DNA of 64,000 nt from Cenococcum geophilum (lineage: Eukaryota), in NCBI GenBank assembly GCA_050273025.1, contig CP158635.1:6882001-6946000 (forward strand). The letters are read 5' to 3'. Each line of letters opens with the position of its first letter. Position 1 is the stretch's first letter. A model generated the notes under the pieces. It was not told the origin of the DNA. It was given only the letters and a program-made list of their open reading frames with translations, and ran no database searches. A program made the translations under genes and the position numbers. Below, piece after piece: positions 35,401 through 49,900 of the stretch.

Positions 35401-38400
35401 AGGGGTCATTTTTATACTGCTATAGATACTTATATTATATATATATTACGCTAGAGCCAACCACAATATCTAATTATCCTATTAATAATTAATATAGCAG
35501 TGGAGGTAGTGTTTTAATAACGCATTTAGACGCTTCGTTAGCCCATCTATTTATAGGTAAAAGGCGGTACTTATCCTTTACTATATTTTTAATAAGAGAT
35601 AGAATAAAGACTAGAATGCGCTGTTAAATACGGTACCTCTATTAGACATAATTCCCCTAGGCGTACTAAATAAGAGCTACTATTCTAAAAATAGATCTAC
35701 TAGTTCTGCTACCGTAATTATTATTATAATAGCAAAGTACCCTAAGAACTTTATATATCTGTTAATAATTACTAAAATAGCGTTAGTAACCTCTCTAGTT
35801 CTTATTTTAGTAGGGGGTAAGCCTATTATAAAATCTATTATTAATTCTAATATAGGTTCTTACGGAATAGGAAGCATTAATAACTCGCTATATAGGCGAT
35901 ATCTAGACACCTATACCCTTTAGCACGTATTATATCTTAATATATAGTCCTTAACCTCTTTAGACATTCTATCCTAAAAGTATTTCCTTTAAACAGCCTT
36001 AAGGGTTCTATTGGCACCGTAGTAACCCCTAAAAGGGTTATTATAAAAGATCTTTAAAATTTCGTCTTAAACTGCTTAGTTCTTTAGGATATATATAGCA
36101 CCCTTAAAGCGTAATAAACCCTTTTAGTCTTGCTGCTATAGCTTCTTAGTAACTCCGGCTCAGTTAGTCTCTACTATATCTTTCTACCTCTCCCTAGAAA
36201 TAAAGGCGTCCCTTTATTATACTTAAAGAAGAAAATCTAAAAAGGTTTTATATAAATCGCTTACTTCCGTTTTGCCTACCGCTATTATAGATATAAGGCA
36301 TAGCATGAGACGTTTTAAACCATTAGTGCTAGTAGATTTTCCTACCGTTATATAGTATGCTATACTGCAGATAGATATCTTACCTATCCCCCTTAGATCC
36401 GGACGCTTGCAGCTAATACACTATTAAGTTAAAGGTGCTATAATACCCCTAATATATCCCGCAGAATTTTCGCTAATTCTAGGGTACGCTAACTTTATAA
36501 TATTTGCCTAGCCTATAACCTAGTCCGTAACTATATCCTACAGCTCTATAATTATAGCGCTTCGCAGCTGTATTATTAGGACCTTTACTTTACTATAAAA
36601 TTCTATAATTCTAGAAAAAGAGTCTTCTTTCTTTTTAAGCAAATTTTATAATATAGGAATTATTTTCCCTATACTATCCTGAATCCTTCCTATCTTATAA
36701 TCTAGACGTCTTAATAACCTATTAGTGGGATTTATCTTTCCTAGGCGGTACGTAATTTTAAAGTTATACTATAATAGTACCTTTACCTATCTAGCTTGTT
36801 AATCGCTTAATACCTTTATAGTTATAAAGTATTTTGGGTTATTATGGTCTATGGGGACTTTAATAGGGTAATTACTTCCTATATAATAATATCGCCAGTG
36901 CTTTATTGCTATAACTATCGCGAGCAGCTCCTAGTTATATATTATATAACGCTATTCTATAGGGGTTATTTTCCTTAACTAAAACGCCATAAGATGCTAT
37001 TTTCCGTCTTTTAATTAAGATATAATTGCCCCTAGGGCGAAGACAGATATATCTGTTTTAAAATATATACATAGCTCCTAGTAGAAGTATATTAGGATAG
37101 GCGCCGACGTAAATAAATCCTTTAACCGGTCTATAGCCTACTTAGTAGCTTCCCTAAATATAAAGGGTCCTAACTTCTTACTATTCTTAGATTCTTTTAG
37201 TAGATTAGTAATTAGGAGTATTACTTATAAATAGTAAATAATAAACGTTTAGTAGAAGTTCGCTATACCTAAGAAAACCTATACTTTTCTAAATATTATA
37301 GGGTAGGGCTATTCCCTAATAGTATCCACTCGACTTTTCTCTATTAATACTCCGTTAACGCTAATAATAAAGCCTAGAAAATTAATACTAGAAGTATAAA
37401 ATATGTACTTTTTTAGGTTTATATAGAGCTTATATTCTTATAGTCTTTCTAGTACTATTTATATATAGTGCGTATATACTTTATAGTTATTAAAGTAGAC
37501 TATAATATTATTAAGGTAGATTATATATATCGTGTCTAATAGGCCTAAAATATCGCTAGTACGTTAGTAAGCCCAAATGGCATTACTAGGTACTTAAAGT
37601 GGCCATACTATATTTAGAACGCCGTTTTCTACTTATCGCCGGCTTTAATCCGGATTTAATGGTATACATCTTTTAGATCTAATTTTGTAAATATTTTTAC
37701 GCCTAATAGCCTATTAATAAGCTCCCCTATTAAGGGTAACAGGTAGTAATTCTTTATAGTAATCTTATTTAGTGTAAGGCAGTATTGCTAGGGTATACGG
37801 TAGGGAGCAGGCAAGCCGAGCATGAGTCACATAGGGAGTCGATGGAAGAGGACGATATAGTAAAGAGTAGGCAATAGCCTCGTACGGAGACGAACCGATG
37901 AGGAGGGAAGGGCTGCAAGCCCGAGGTGCTTATAAGGAGGTGCCAAGCCTAGCCTTTGGCTAGGCCTTGGCTACCCCTTAGAGCTCCTAGGCGATGCAGC
38001 CGAGTAAGGACCAAAAGTACCCTTAGATTTAGCGCCTAATAGTTAATATAGAGGTAAAGGGTCTTGTCCTTCTTAGGTATAAATATAATTAGTACCCCTA
38101 CTGGGCTTATAGAGGGCTAAATCTATCCTCTCTAAAGATTATCTACTATATATTAATGTAATACCGCTAGCTTATTTTCTAATAGGTTATACAGTAGTCT
38201 AAAAGGAGGTTATTTGTCCCTTATATCTATCTTATACTTAACTAATATAGGGTTAGATAAGGTTTATATAGCCTCTTTATTAGAAACATCCTCTAAGTTT
38301 ATATATTCCTATAGAATCTCTAGTTCCTTAACTATATATAGCCGGACATCTGAAAATAAATATCCCGTATCCCCGTTCTTAGTATTAAGGGTAGTATATA

Positions 38401-40427
38401 TAGTATATACCCACCCTTCTTCTTATATATAGTTTAAGAAAGTCTTTTAATCTTTAACTATAATGCGCGGTTAAGACTTCCGATGTTAATACAAAGCTAA
38501 AGGCCAATTAATATCTGGATTAACTTAGCGAAGCTATAGGTATCCTAAAACAAGGTTATACCCCTTAATTTCTACGGTATAGAAGCGTATCTCCTATATA
38601 TCCTATAGACCACCGCGGTCCTAGCTAGCTACGGAAAAAGCTTATTCCCTATAGTATAGAATCCGGTAGCCTCTAATATTTTAAATAGTACGTACCTGCG
38701 AGCTACTAAGGTCCAAATCCAATTTTTTTTACTAGTAATTAAAAAATAAACCCTATAGTCGCGCTACTGTTTATAAGGCAGTCTTACGTTACCTATTTAT
38801 TATTAACTTAAATAGAGACAGGAATAACTATACAGCAGCTTACTCCCTTCTTCTCTTACTAGCCTAGTATAAGGGAGTAAAGATCTACTAGGCTCTTTCT
38901 TTTCCCGGTTAATTTAACTCTCATTTCTTTTACCGGCAGAAGCGCTTTATATAGCCCTTTTTACTATAGTTATAATAAACGCGTAACTCTTAGTTCCACT
39001 TATTTAAATTAGGGTTTTGCCTATTATTATTCTAGGGCTAACTAGCGTTACTCTAGGGCTTTAAAGCCTACTCGCGTTGTTCTTCCATAGAGTAGTTAGG
39101 TTAGAATTTACCCCTATTATTAAAGCTAGGTCTAGTCCTACGCTCTTTATTATTAGCGTCTCGTTCCTTTTACTTACCTAAATAGTCTCTTTTAGTATTC
39201 TTAATCTAAGTAGCTTTAAAAATAAGCTTTTCTTAAGAGGTAGGAATTTCGCCCTTCTCCTATATAGCCTATTAAATCTTAGATTATAGCTTAGTAAGTA
39301 GCTGGTAAAGTTATATAGTGTTATCCTATAGGTCTAAGTAGGGTATATTATCTTCTAGTTCTTCTAAGTGGTTTATAAACTAGGCTATACTCTAGCCTTC
39401 TTGCTGTTTAGCGTTATAGTATTACTAGTTATAATCCATTTCTTAATTAGTAGGGTCTTAGACCTAATTAACTAACCAGAACTTAAGTTTGCTAAATTTA
39501 AGGGGTATAGTAAATTTCTTCTTATAGCGTATCTATAAACTCTTAATAGTACCACGTAGGAAGGTAGAAGCAATTAGTATCTAATTACACTTATTAGAGT
39601 AACGTTTTGGATCTAGCTAAAACTTAGTTTTATATTAATGGATAAAATAATTATAGTTCCGGAAACTATTACTATAGTACTTATTAGGTTCCTTTATACG
39701 GAATTTAGGGTTTTCTAATATTATAGCGTAGTGTGGCGTTGCCACTTTAAGTCCGCTTTATATCTAGGGTGTTTATACTTCCCCTAATTGTTCTTACAAT
39801 TATTCTTAGTAGTTTTAATATACTTATTTTAATTATATCTTCAAATCCTTTATTTTTTATAGGGTCTTATATAGTAACCGCTCTAATAACTCCCTAGCGG
39901 TAATTGTTTTTAAGGGTCTCGTAAGGTTAGATGGACTAGCCGTAGCTTCTTTATAAGAAGAGGGAATGCGCTCCTCTAGGGAGACTCTCTAAGCCTTTTA
40001 TAGTAGGGGCGTCGTTTTAGGGGGTAAGGAGGTATAGCCCGTCATCGTTAATTAATAGCCGTATATTCCTTCCGTAAAGGATTATAAGTAATTAGAATTA
40101 TAAGAGGCTAGTCTAACTAGAACGTATAATTATTTAATTAATAGTATAGAATAAAAGTTATAGGTAAGTAGAAGATAAGTTAAGATAGAACAATCTTTAT
40201 ATATAAAGGACAAAAGCTTTCTAACCTCTTCTATTTAGAGACTAATCGCTAGTTCTTCTCTAGAGGAGAACCAGCTCCCTATATAATCCTTTTAAGACAC
40301 TAGTAAAACCCTTCACCCCTTATCTATCTAACTATATCTCCTAGGATATAGATAAAACATAAATAGGATATAGACAAAACCTTCTACTGTCTTATCTAAT
40401 ATATACCTTCTAGGGGATTCCGTTATA
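32485..40427 (-). mobile_element. Ty3/Gypsy chromovirus B1 nested in B
   Basis: 329-bp LTRs 32485-32813 and 40099-40427, TSD TAAAG. RT (YGHFKYLVMPFGL), RNase H, integrase and chromodomain remnants, followed by about 2 kb of extra 3' sequence. Confidence 0.92.
37773..38027. mobile_element. Solo LTR (same family as 58251-58509)
   Basis: TGTAAGGC...CCTTAGA with TSD TTTAG; aligns over its full length with 58251-58509. Confidence 0.88.
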
Positions 40428-43400
40428 TAAAGGCTCTTATATCCTTAATGTTCTTAGGTTCTTACTAGTTTATAATTACTTTAACTTTCTTTAGGTCTAT
40501 TTATATACTATTTATAAAACAAGGAGTCTAAAGTATAGAACTTCTATTTTATAAAACTTGTATTTATCTATATTTAATTATAGACTAGCTCTATACAGGG
40601 CTTATAGAATAAAGTTAACGTATTTCTAATATTTAGTTAGGTTATTACTATATATTAGGATATCGTTAATATAAGTAGTATAGAAGATGTCTAGATAGGG
40701 GCGTAGGGTATTATTTATATAATATTAAAACGAGCTTAGAGCATTTGCGAGGCTAAATAGCGTCACTAAGTATTTAAATAATCTATACTAAGTACAAAAT
40801 GCAGTAAGCTATTTATCTCCTTTTACTATACAGAGGCGGTTAAATATGGAGATAATATTAAGCTTTATATAGTAGCAAGCCTTACTTAGTCGGTTTAGTG
40901 TCTCCTATATTAATAGGATTAAATATTAGTTCTTAACGGTAACGGCGTTAAGAGCTTAGTAGTCTATATAGAAGCGTAGACCGCCGCCGGGTTTCTTAAC
41001 GAAGATTACTAGTACGGCTATAGGTAATAAGCTTACTCTAATAAATCCTTTACTTAGGTTCTTATCTAAATACTTTTATAGCACTTAGAGTTTATTTTAG
41101 GACATTCCGTATAGGGGTCTAAATCTAGGCTGCTTTCCTTCTTTAAGTATAATCTTATAGTTGTATAATCGGTATTCTAGTAGCTTATTAGCTTCCTTCT
41201 ATAAGAATACCTTTAGGCAGTTATGGTACTCTACTAGTACCTTTATAGCAGGGTTAGTGTACTTCTTTAGTGCTAAGGCCTTCTTAATATTAGCTATAGT
41301 AATAGCGAAGATTGTATATTCGGGTTTCTTAGCAAGTTGCGCTAGTAGGGTAGCTCTAATTATATAGATATTTAGGGTGCTAAGCTTACTTAGATTGTCT
41401 ATAGTTTCTTATTTAGGTTTAGGTTTAGTATTAGGTACGGAGTTAGTATTAGATTTAGGTTTAAGTTCTTTAAGAATCCTTTTTATAGTAGAATACTAGT
41501 CTTTCTAGTATTTTTATATATTAAGTTTAAGCTTCTACTTTGCTCGGGGCGGTATAGTACTTAATAATAACTTATAGAATTTAGTAGAGTTTTTAAATCC
41601 TTAGTAGATATTAGTAGAATTCTTATATTAGTAAAATTTAGTAAAAATTTTAGACTAGTGGATCCTAGTGGATTTTTTAGATTTTAGTTTTAGGTCTAAG
41701 TAGTAAGTTATAAGGCACTTCTGCTTATAACGGGAGGCGGTAAATAGAAGCTTAAGGTTGTTTTAATTAATAGTTACTTTATATAGCTTTATTTAGGGTT
41801 GTTTAAAAATTACTAAGTAACCTAGGGTGGTAATAAAAAGTTTAATTAATTCTTTATAGTTTAGGTATTAGAGTCTTAGGAATACTATATAGGTAATACA
41901 GCCTAAGGCGGTGCGTTTACTATTAAATCTAAATATATTAATATACCGGTTAAGGGGGGTTAAGGTAAAACTATTATCTTATATAAAGATCTTATTAATA
42001 AATCCTATACCGCTAGCTCCTGTATTAATTAGGATTTAAGCGTTAGCCTATTAACTATCCTACTAAAGATAGTAGTTAATAGTTATACTATAGTCCTAAG
42101 AGTTAGAGTTCGTAACGTTAAATACATTTAATAAGATTTTATAGCAGAGCCGTCTTAGAGAGTAACTTAGCTCTAGGACCTTCCTTTTAGAGGTAATTAG
42201 GGTGGGGTTCTTATAGGACGTTAGTTAGAGCTTAATTTTTATAAATAGTGCTTACTACTTATTAAGCTAAAGCTAGATAAAGATTAGGGACGGTATCTAG
42301 AGAATTAGGGCAGTAGGCTACTAGTGTTAACTATTTATAGATCTTTTTAAAAAGGGGCGGAGTAGTAGTTAAAGAGGTGGGAGTTACTTCTATATTTAAA
42401 ATAGAGGCCTAGCTTAATGCGTCGTTCTTATTTAGAAGACCTTAGTAGGGTATATCCTAAGGTCCTAGTATTAATATCCATAGCGTTAGGGTGCTTAAGC
42501 TAAGATAATTTAGTGGATATTTGCGGGGCTATTATATTATATTAAGGAGTATATTTCAGTATTAGGCGTAGTATATTATTATACCGTTTGTTAATAATGT
42601 TTGCGTAGGTATTAAGGGCTCCTAGTAGGTCTACGCCTATTAGGGAGGTTTTTAGTTTAGGGCTTAGGGATTTAATAAGGCTGTTAATTAGTGCGGAGTT
42701 ATTCCAACCTATTTCCCTTACGTAACGGTTAAATTCGGAGAAGTATACTAGGAAACTTTTTGTTCCTTAAGCTATATAGTTTATCTTTCTCTAAGTAGTA
42801 GCTTAGCGGTTTAGGTTACTGTATAAGGCTTTAAGAAGTATAACTAGGCTTTATACTAAGTTTGGCTAAAGAGGTTTAATAAGGTTAGCTACCTCTTCTT
42901 CTAGTTAACTTAGGGCGTAATAGAGTTAGTTAGTTTTAGTTAGGTAACGGTTAGCATTACTAGTTAACTTATTTTTAAGCTAGCTTAGAAATAATTAAAG
43001 TTCTTATTATTTACTAGTAAATACTAGGGGGTCTAGTAGTTATTTAGATTGTTTTAGTATAGTAGTTAGTTTAGGGTGGATAACTACTATAGGTTTAGGA
43101 CTCTCGTTCCGCGTGTTTATCTCTAAAGATAGCGTTTAGTTTTAGGGCCCTAGTGTAGGTATCTTAAGGGTACGGACTTCTTCTTAGAGGTCCTTAATTA
43201 ATTATTAGTATTATGCTTCTTATTTAGCTTATTATTAATTTAAAGTAGCTTAGTTCTATATAAGGGCGTCTATAAAAGACTTTTATATCTCTACGAATTA
43301 TTCTTAGAGTGTAGATATAATACTAGCGGCCGTTATAGGAGCTTCGGGTTTATTCTGCATATTAATAGTATAGGTAGTTAACGTAATATAGTATTACGGA

Positions 43401-46400
43401 GTAAGTATAAGCGACGATAATATATAGCAAGGTAGATATTATTAAGCTATATATATAAACTATATAAGGAGGTTAAGACGTTGCGTAAGGAAAGAAGGTA
43501 GGAAAATGGGAAGAAAGGGTATATATTATGGACTTAGTTGCTTAGTTAATACGTATACGGAGTAGAATAGGATTTAGGTAGTAGTCTTAGCAGAACTTAA
43601 TAGGATTTAGTAAAACTTAGTAAAACTTAGTGGAATATAGCAGAATGCGGCAGATTGCCGTTAGATTGCTATAGATTGCGGCAAATTGCGGTCTTGTAGT
43701 CGGTTTTTAATCGCTAAGTTGGTGGAAACAGGTGGACGTATATAAGGTATTATAGGGGTGTCCCGTAACAAATGGACTACCTAAAGACGATAGGATTTAA
43801 CCTAATTAATAAAGATCCTTGCGTATTTCAATATCGCGAACACTAGGACGCCTATCTCTGCTTATATATAGATAATATTATAATTACGGCGGCGATAATA
43901 CTAGTAATTAAGGCCCTTAAGGAGCTCCTGCGGAAATAATATAATATTAAGGACCTAGGAAAGCTTTGATTCTTTCTAAGGATTTATATAATACGTAACC
44001 AAGTTAATTAAAAGATTGCGATTATATAGGGCGCCTATATAGCGAGGATCCTTAAGTCCTTTAAGCTTACTAGAATTAACCTAAAAGCGATACTAATAGC
44101 TACTAGCCTTTAATTAAGAAAGCGCTACTTAGATAACCTTATAGATAAGGCCTATAAAAAGTAGTACCTAAAAGCTATTAGATAAGGCTAGACTTGTTAA
44201 CGGCTATAGGAAAGCTATTATAATATTTAGCTAACCCACCTAATAAATATTAAACGCTCGTTAAGAGAGTATTTAGATATATTTAAGGCATAAAAGATTA
44301 TAGAATTATATATAGTGGGAAGTAGTATAACCTAGAGGTATATATTAATATAGCTTATGGTAATAATCTAAATAACCGCAAATTAACTTAAGGCTAGTTT
44401 ATTAAACTAACTAGAGCTCTAATTAAATGGGCTTTAAAGAGGTAATTAACTATAGCAACGTTCTTTACGGTAGTAGAGTACCTAGCGATTAAATCGGTAC
44501 TATAAAAAGCGATTAAGATTGCGACCTTTCTAAAAGTATTTAACTATAACGGTATGGACCTAGCTCCAATTTAGATCTATATAGATAGTGCGAACATCTA
44601 AGTACTTACTAAGGGCAAGCAACTGGTGCTAAAGGAGCGCTATATAAATATTAAGCTCTATAAGATTAAGGATGATATTAAATAGGATAGGATTAAACTA
44701 TACTATATACTGGGTGTAGACTAGCTAGCAAACGGCTTAATAAAGGCTCTACTAAAGGTCGCCTATAAGGCGTTTAAGATGGGTATTAGAGTTATTAAAG
44801 TCTCCTAGGTCACCTAGGCCTAATTAGGAAATTATACTATAACTAGCGGAACCTTAGAATTAATGCCAATTAACTTAGTTCCAATTTTTAAAAGCTTACT
44901 AATACTACTTTTCAGCATAGGAGATGGGCGATTAAGTGTTGTTAATATTCTAAAATTCCATTTTTCCTAATTGCATTTCTTACTACTTATACTACCCTTA
45001 CTTATTAACTACAACCTTATAGAGTATGGTGTAGTTATCCTAGAGGAGTTTCCTATTCGCTAGAGCTTATAGAGCCTAGGGGGGGGTGTGTTAGTAGGGG
45101 GGGGGGTATTTAATCAGTCTCTTTAAGCTTAGCGACGTGTTACGTGATAGTGCGCGGGCTATCGTGTAGATATCTTCTTGGGGCCTCCAAACCCCTAAGA
45201 TTCTTCCTTATAGAGTATTATATGTATCATTTCTATCAGCCTGCTCAGCGCCTAACAAGATCTATTTATAATAACTTAAAACCTAGATAGAGACAAATCT
45301 TTACTCAAAGCACCTACCACTAGATTATAGTCTATATTAGGGAGAGAGAAAAGAAATATAAAGGCAACTAGGCTCTTTTCTCTCTTTAAAGAAGTTATTT
45401 TATATAATAATAAAAAAGAAGAGAGGCGCTTTTTCTATTTCTAGATAGAGTTAGACTTGCTATTAAGCAAGCTGGCTTAACAGCTTGCTTAGCTTACTTA
45501 ATTAGTAATTAAGCAAGCCAGCAAGCTAGAAGAGGGCCTGCTTACTTACTTACTTGCCCACTTAATAGAAAATATATCTATATAATTTTGGTAAAGGTCT
45601 AAAGTTCGTAATAGACTCTTAGTATTATAGTTAATAATTTTTAAGTATGCAAATAAAGTAAATAGGACTATTTAGGTAACCACTAAGCCTAATTAACTTG
45701 TTTTTCCGTGCTAAGCCCTTAGCACATCCATACTCTAGAAAGTCTTCCTTACTATACCCCCTCAACAACGTTACCAATTTACTTATTCTCTTTTATTCCT
45801 TTTATTAGCTATATCTTAGGACCTTACTAAAGCAAATCTAAATATAACAGCTAAGCCTATACTAATAATTACACTATCTAAAAACGTCGCGCCTAATAAT
45901 AGTTCCTCTATAGATAAGATTAATAATAAGACCAATTATAACGGTATTAACTAGGACCGACTTAAAGTATACTAGCAGCTATATAAAGCTTTAGAAAGGA
46001 ACCCTAGCTTTATTTATAAGTATAGATATCGGCTTTAATATCGTGTTAGTAAACAAATATACTAGAAATGCGTATATTACTATTAGCGCTCTATACTAGG
46101 CGGCCAATTTAATATTACTATAGCTACTTCTACTTCTAAAAGACACCTTATGGAGAATAAAATAGGCTATAGATATAATAAGTACGGTGAGATTATATTT
46201 GAGATAAAGAAGCGTAAAGCAACAGTTTTAGAACTTCTTTATAATAGGTATATAATCTCTTAAGAACTTACAAATAAACTTATTAGCGGCTTTAGCGCAA
46301 AGCGCTTTAAGTAATTAGTAATTAAATAGATAACTATAAATAATTACCCTCTATAAGGGGTTAAAACACCTACTTTTGGTAGTATAATAGCTACTGCAAA

Positions 46401-46954
46401 TCCTAACGCTAAAAGCTGTATTTAAAAGAACCATTAATTAATTCACGTCTATATAATGGCTAACTATAAAGCCTACTAACCAACCGTATATAATAAACTT
46501 GCGAACCCCCGCTTAAAGCTTTACTTCTTATTTAATAGCTAGACTACACGTAGTGGTAAGCACTTACTTACTAGTGTTTGCGTTTATTATCTTAATTATA
46601 AGGGCAGAGTTATTAACTACTTAATTGCTCTACTAGAGCACTCGGCCGCTATACTAGAATTAACTACGCCGCGGTAATTGGCGATGTTCTGGCTCATTTT
46701 AAAGTTACTAAAGAGAGCCTTGGCTATTTTATTACTAATAATACTAGAAATAATAACACCTACTTAGATTATCTAGCTACCGTCTTTAATTTTAGGAAGA
46801 ATAATTAGTATATTTAGTGCATAGCTTATACACTTAATCTTATCGCTTAGTTAATTATATTTAAAAAAGATAAAGACGTATATAAGAACGATTAAGAGAA
46901 CGTACTGGTAAGTTAGCGAATAAATATTCTCTTCTTACTTACTTACTAACTTCT

Positions 46955-49900
46955 TGTTACGGCTCGTACAAATACCTCTAAACCAAAGCTTATAGAATGC
47001 TGTATTACAAAGATACTAAGCTAAGGAGAAGGGAAAAAAGGGGTCACCAGGACTGATGTAAACAAATATATAGGGTGAGCCGCCAAGGCGCTAGCTCCAG
47101 GCAAGCCAATCGCGGGTCGGCAGAATATGGCAGAATTTGGCAGGTAATGTGCGATAGCGCCGTTATATCACCCCCCTCTTTAAAAGAAAGCCTGCCCTTA
47201 GGCTTAGTTAGAAATAGGGTAGTACTAGGCTTATAAATATAGGATTACAAAATATAAGATAAGGAGATAAAGGGGACATAAGTGCGTTCGGACTAAGTAT
47301 AAAAGGCAATTATAGGAAGTGGAAGTACTAGGCTAGAAAGAGTAGCCGCTAAAAGTCTTAGCGCGGATCTAACTAATTAGACAACTTCGACCGGCGGTTA
47401 AAGTTCCTAGATATCTGAAATTTTATAATACTGGCAGAATTTAGCAGAATTTGGCAGAATTTGGCAGATAGCTATATTAGGGCTTTAGGGCGTTTTTATC
47501 CCTATATTCTTCCAGTAACTTATTATCTTTATTATACTAGCATTCCATCTATTCGTCTAGGTACTTTAGGGGTCCAGGCGTATTAGGGTATTAGTTATAA
47601 AACTCTTTAAGCTTCTAGGGGTAGCCTATAAAGTTCTACGTAGGGTACCAGGTTAGGTCTAGATTATAGCCCTTCTATTAAATACGGTATTTTAACGTTC
47701 CCTATACTATCTTACAGGCTAGTATTTTATTAACTTCCTATTTATTATTACCGTTTACTTAAACTAGTAGGGGAAGCTCGTTCTTTTGTCTAGGTAATAG
47801 GTTATTTATAGCTTTCCGTAACTTATCTGGCGAGAAAATAGAATAAACCCTAATTAAATCTAGGAGCTTTACCTTATACGAGTTGCCTATCTTCTTAAGA
47901 ACCTTATACGGTCCTACTATCTAATAGTCCAGCTTATAGCTAGGTCGTTCGGTTTTTTAATTCCTTATTATAATCTAGACTATATCGCCAGAGGCAAACT
48001 TAGGCTCCTAACGGTGTTTATTTGCCTACTGTTCTATTAACCTTTAAGCCTTTTCTAGGTTCTTATAGGCTACCGTCTAGGCTTCCTCTAAGCGTTTAGC
48101 GTACTATTAGGCCTTAGCATAGAATAGCTTCTCTTATACAGTCTAGGGTTTTTCTAGCCTTTTCCAGTTAAAGCTTATACGGGGTAAGTATCCTATTTCT
48201 AGCTAAATTAGGGCAAACCCTATAGAGTTATAGGGTAGGGTTGCTTAGGCATAGTCTATTAAGGGTAGTAGTTTAGACTAGTTATCCTAGAAATAGTTAA
48301 TAAAGGGCCTAAGCCTCTAGTCTAGGTACTAATTTATAATCTCTATCTGGCCGTTTGTCTGGGGGTAGTAAGCTATAAAAAGCTTTAGCTTAATACCTAG
48401 GATCTAGGTAAACTTATTCTAAAAGGCCGATATAAACTATAGCCTATAATTAGATATAATAGTATCTAGTAGTCCGTAGATTTAGTAGATATAATAGATA
48501 TATAGCTAGGCCGCCTCTTTAGCATTAATATTCTTATAATAGGGAATTAAGAACGGGCGTTTGCTAAAGTGGTTAACTATAACTATAACTATATTATATC
48601 CGTTACGGTCCCTAGGTAGTTTATAGAAGTCTATAAAGATATACTACTAAGGGCGCTTTAGTATTGGGAGTAGCTTAAGTAGTCCTAGGGTCTTATCCTA
48701 TAGGATTATAGCTCTTCTATAGTCTTTACAGTTCCATATATATTAATTAATATCCATAATCATTTTTAGTCAGTAGTAGTAGCAGTTAATAATTTTACGG
48801 GTCTTATTCTTGCTAGGGTATACTATAGAAACTTAGCAATAAGCTTCGCGGATTAGTTTAGTCCATAGATTATTAATATTAGGGATTATAAGCCGCTCTT
48901 AATATAGGAGCAACCCTTCCTCTACTTTAAAATTGGGGTCTCCTTTTACGGCTTAATTGCGGAGGGCCTTTAGGGCGTTAGCTATGCGGTTTACAGTTAG
49001 GAGGCGGTTAACTAGCCCTATTAGTTCGTCTAAGGTCTCCTCTATTAATACTAGCTCGTTTAACTAAGAGTCTAGCTCCTTAAAAATCCGTAGGTTAAGC
49101 TATTTAGGATAGAGGAGGGCGCGCGTCTAATATTGGGTCTTTAGCTTATCCTAGGGTCCTACGTCTTATTCTTTTTGGGTTAGGGTATTAGCCTTAGAGT
49201 TTTACTTGCTAGAACGATACATAATTATAAAGAAGAATTAGGAGAGTGTCTTAGCCTACTAGGCTTATTATTTAGTAAGCTGCTTTATAATTATAAAGTA
49301 CTCTAGGGCTTTATAGTCTGTATATATCTTAATCCGGAAATTTATACCTTTAAGCTCTACACGCTATTAGGAGAGTAATTAAATAATAGCTAGCATTTCT
49401 TTATCGTGTACTTTGTAGTTACACTTAGCTAGGTCCATTATTTTTTTTAAAAAAAAAAGTAATAGGGTACTATTCGCCGTCTAAATATAACTGTAATAGG
49501 ATTCCCACTACGACCCTATTAAAGGCGTCCATTTTTAGCATTAATTTAAGGTCTGGGTTATAGTGACAAAGGATTAGGGAAGAGATAAGCTAATCCTTTA
49601 TCTCTTTAAAGGCTTCTATATAGTTATTATTAAAGATAAAAGGTGTATCCTTTCTGGTTAGTTATTGTCAGGTGACGAAGTCACCTCGCCTATATGTATT
49701 GTTCCGCACAGCCGTGCCTGGCATCAAGCCAGTCACTTGCTTACCTTTTGTAGGTTTGTGTGGCTGAGTGGTGCGGAGCTTATCACCTCACAGTTATATA
49801 AGAGGTTTTGCCACAATTCCATAGTTGCGGATAAACCAGTAGTAGAAGTTATAAAAACTAAGGAAGAATTGGATTCCTTTTACTATATAAGGGGGCTTCT

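Larger units (their letters stand above)
29936..43770 (-). mobile_element. Ty3/Gypsy chromovirus B (RIP-mutated)
   Basis: 379-bp LTRs 29936-30314 and 43392-43770, TSD AATGG, PPT beside the left LTR. Gag-PR-RT-RH-IN-chromodomain remnants on the minus strand (e.g. [13 protein letters not shown] at about 40970-41000). Confidence 0.92.
20336..45257 (+). mobile_element. Ty1/Copia LTR retrotransposon, RIP-inactivated, outer host of the nest
   Basis: LTRs 20336-20505 and 45089-45257 (TG...CA), TSD AGATC (20331-35 and 45258-62), GGTTATAAGCCC after the 5' LTR and a G-rich PPT before the 3' LTR. Degenerate gag knuckle, then integrase (about 22150-22980), then RT (about 29450-29935 and 43771 onward) and RNase H. 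Confidence 0.93.

Noticed and set aside
49440..49458. T-run followed by A-run palindrome resembling a terminator or poly(A) insertion
   Set aside because: Lies in the RNase H coding region of Gypsy C and is explained by RIP plus slippage.
29931..49797. Four nested insertions all fall in RT-coding sequence of their hosts
   Set aside because: Sample is small, RT is a large target and other insertions fall elsewhere; cannot be distinguished from chance.
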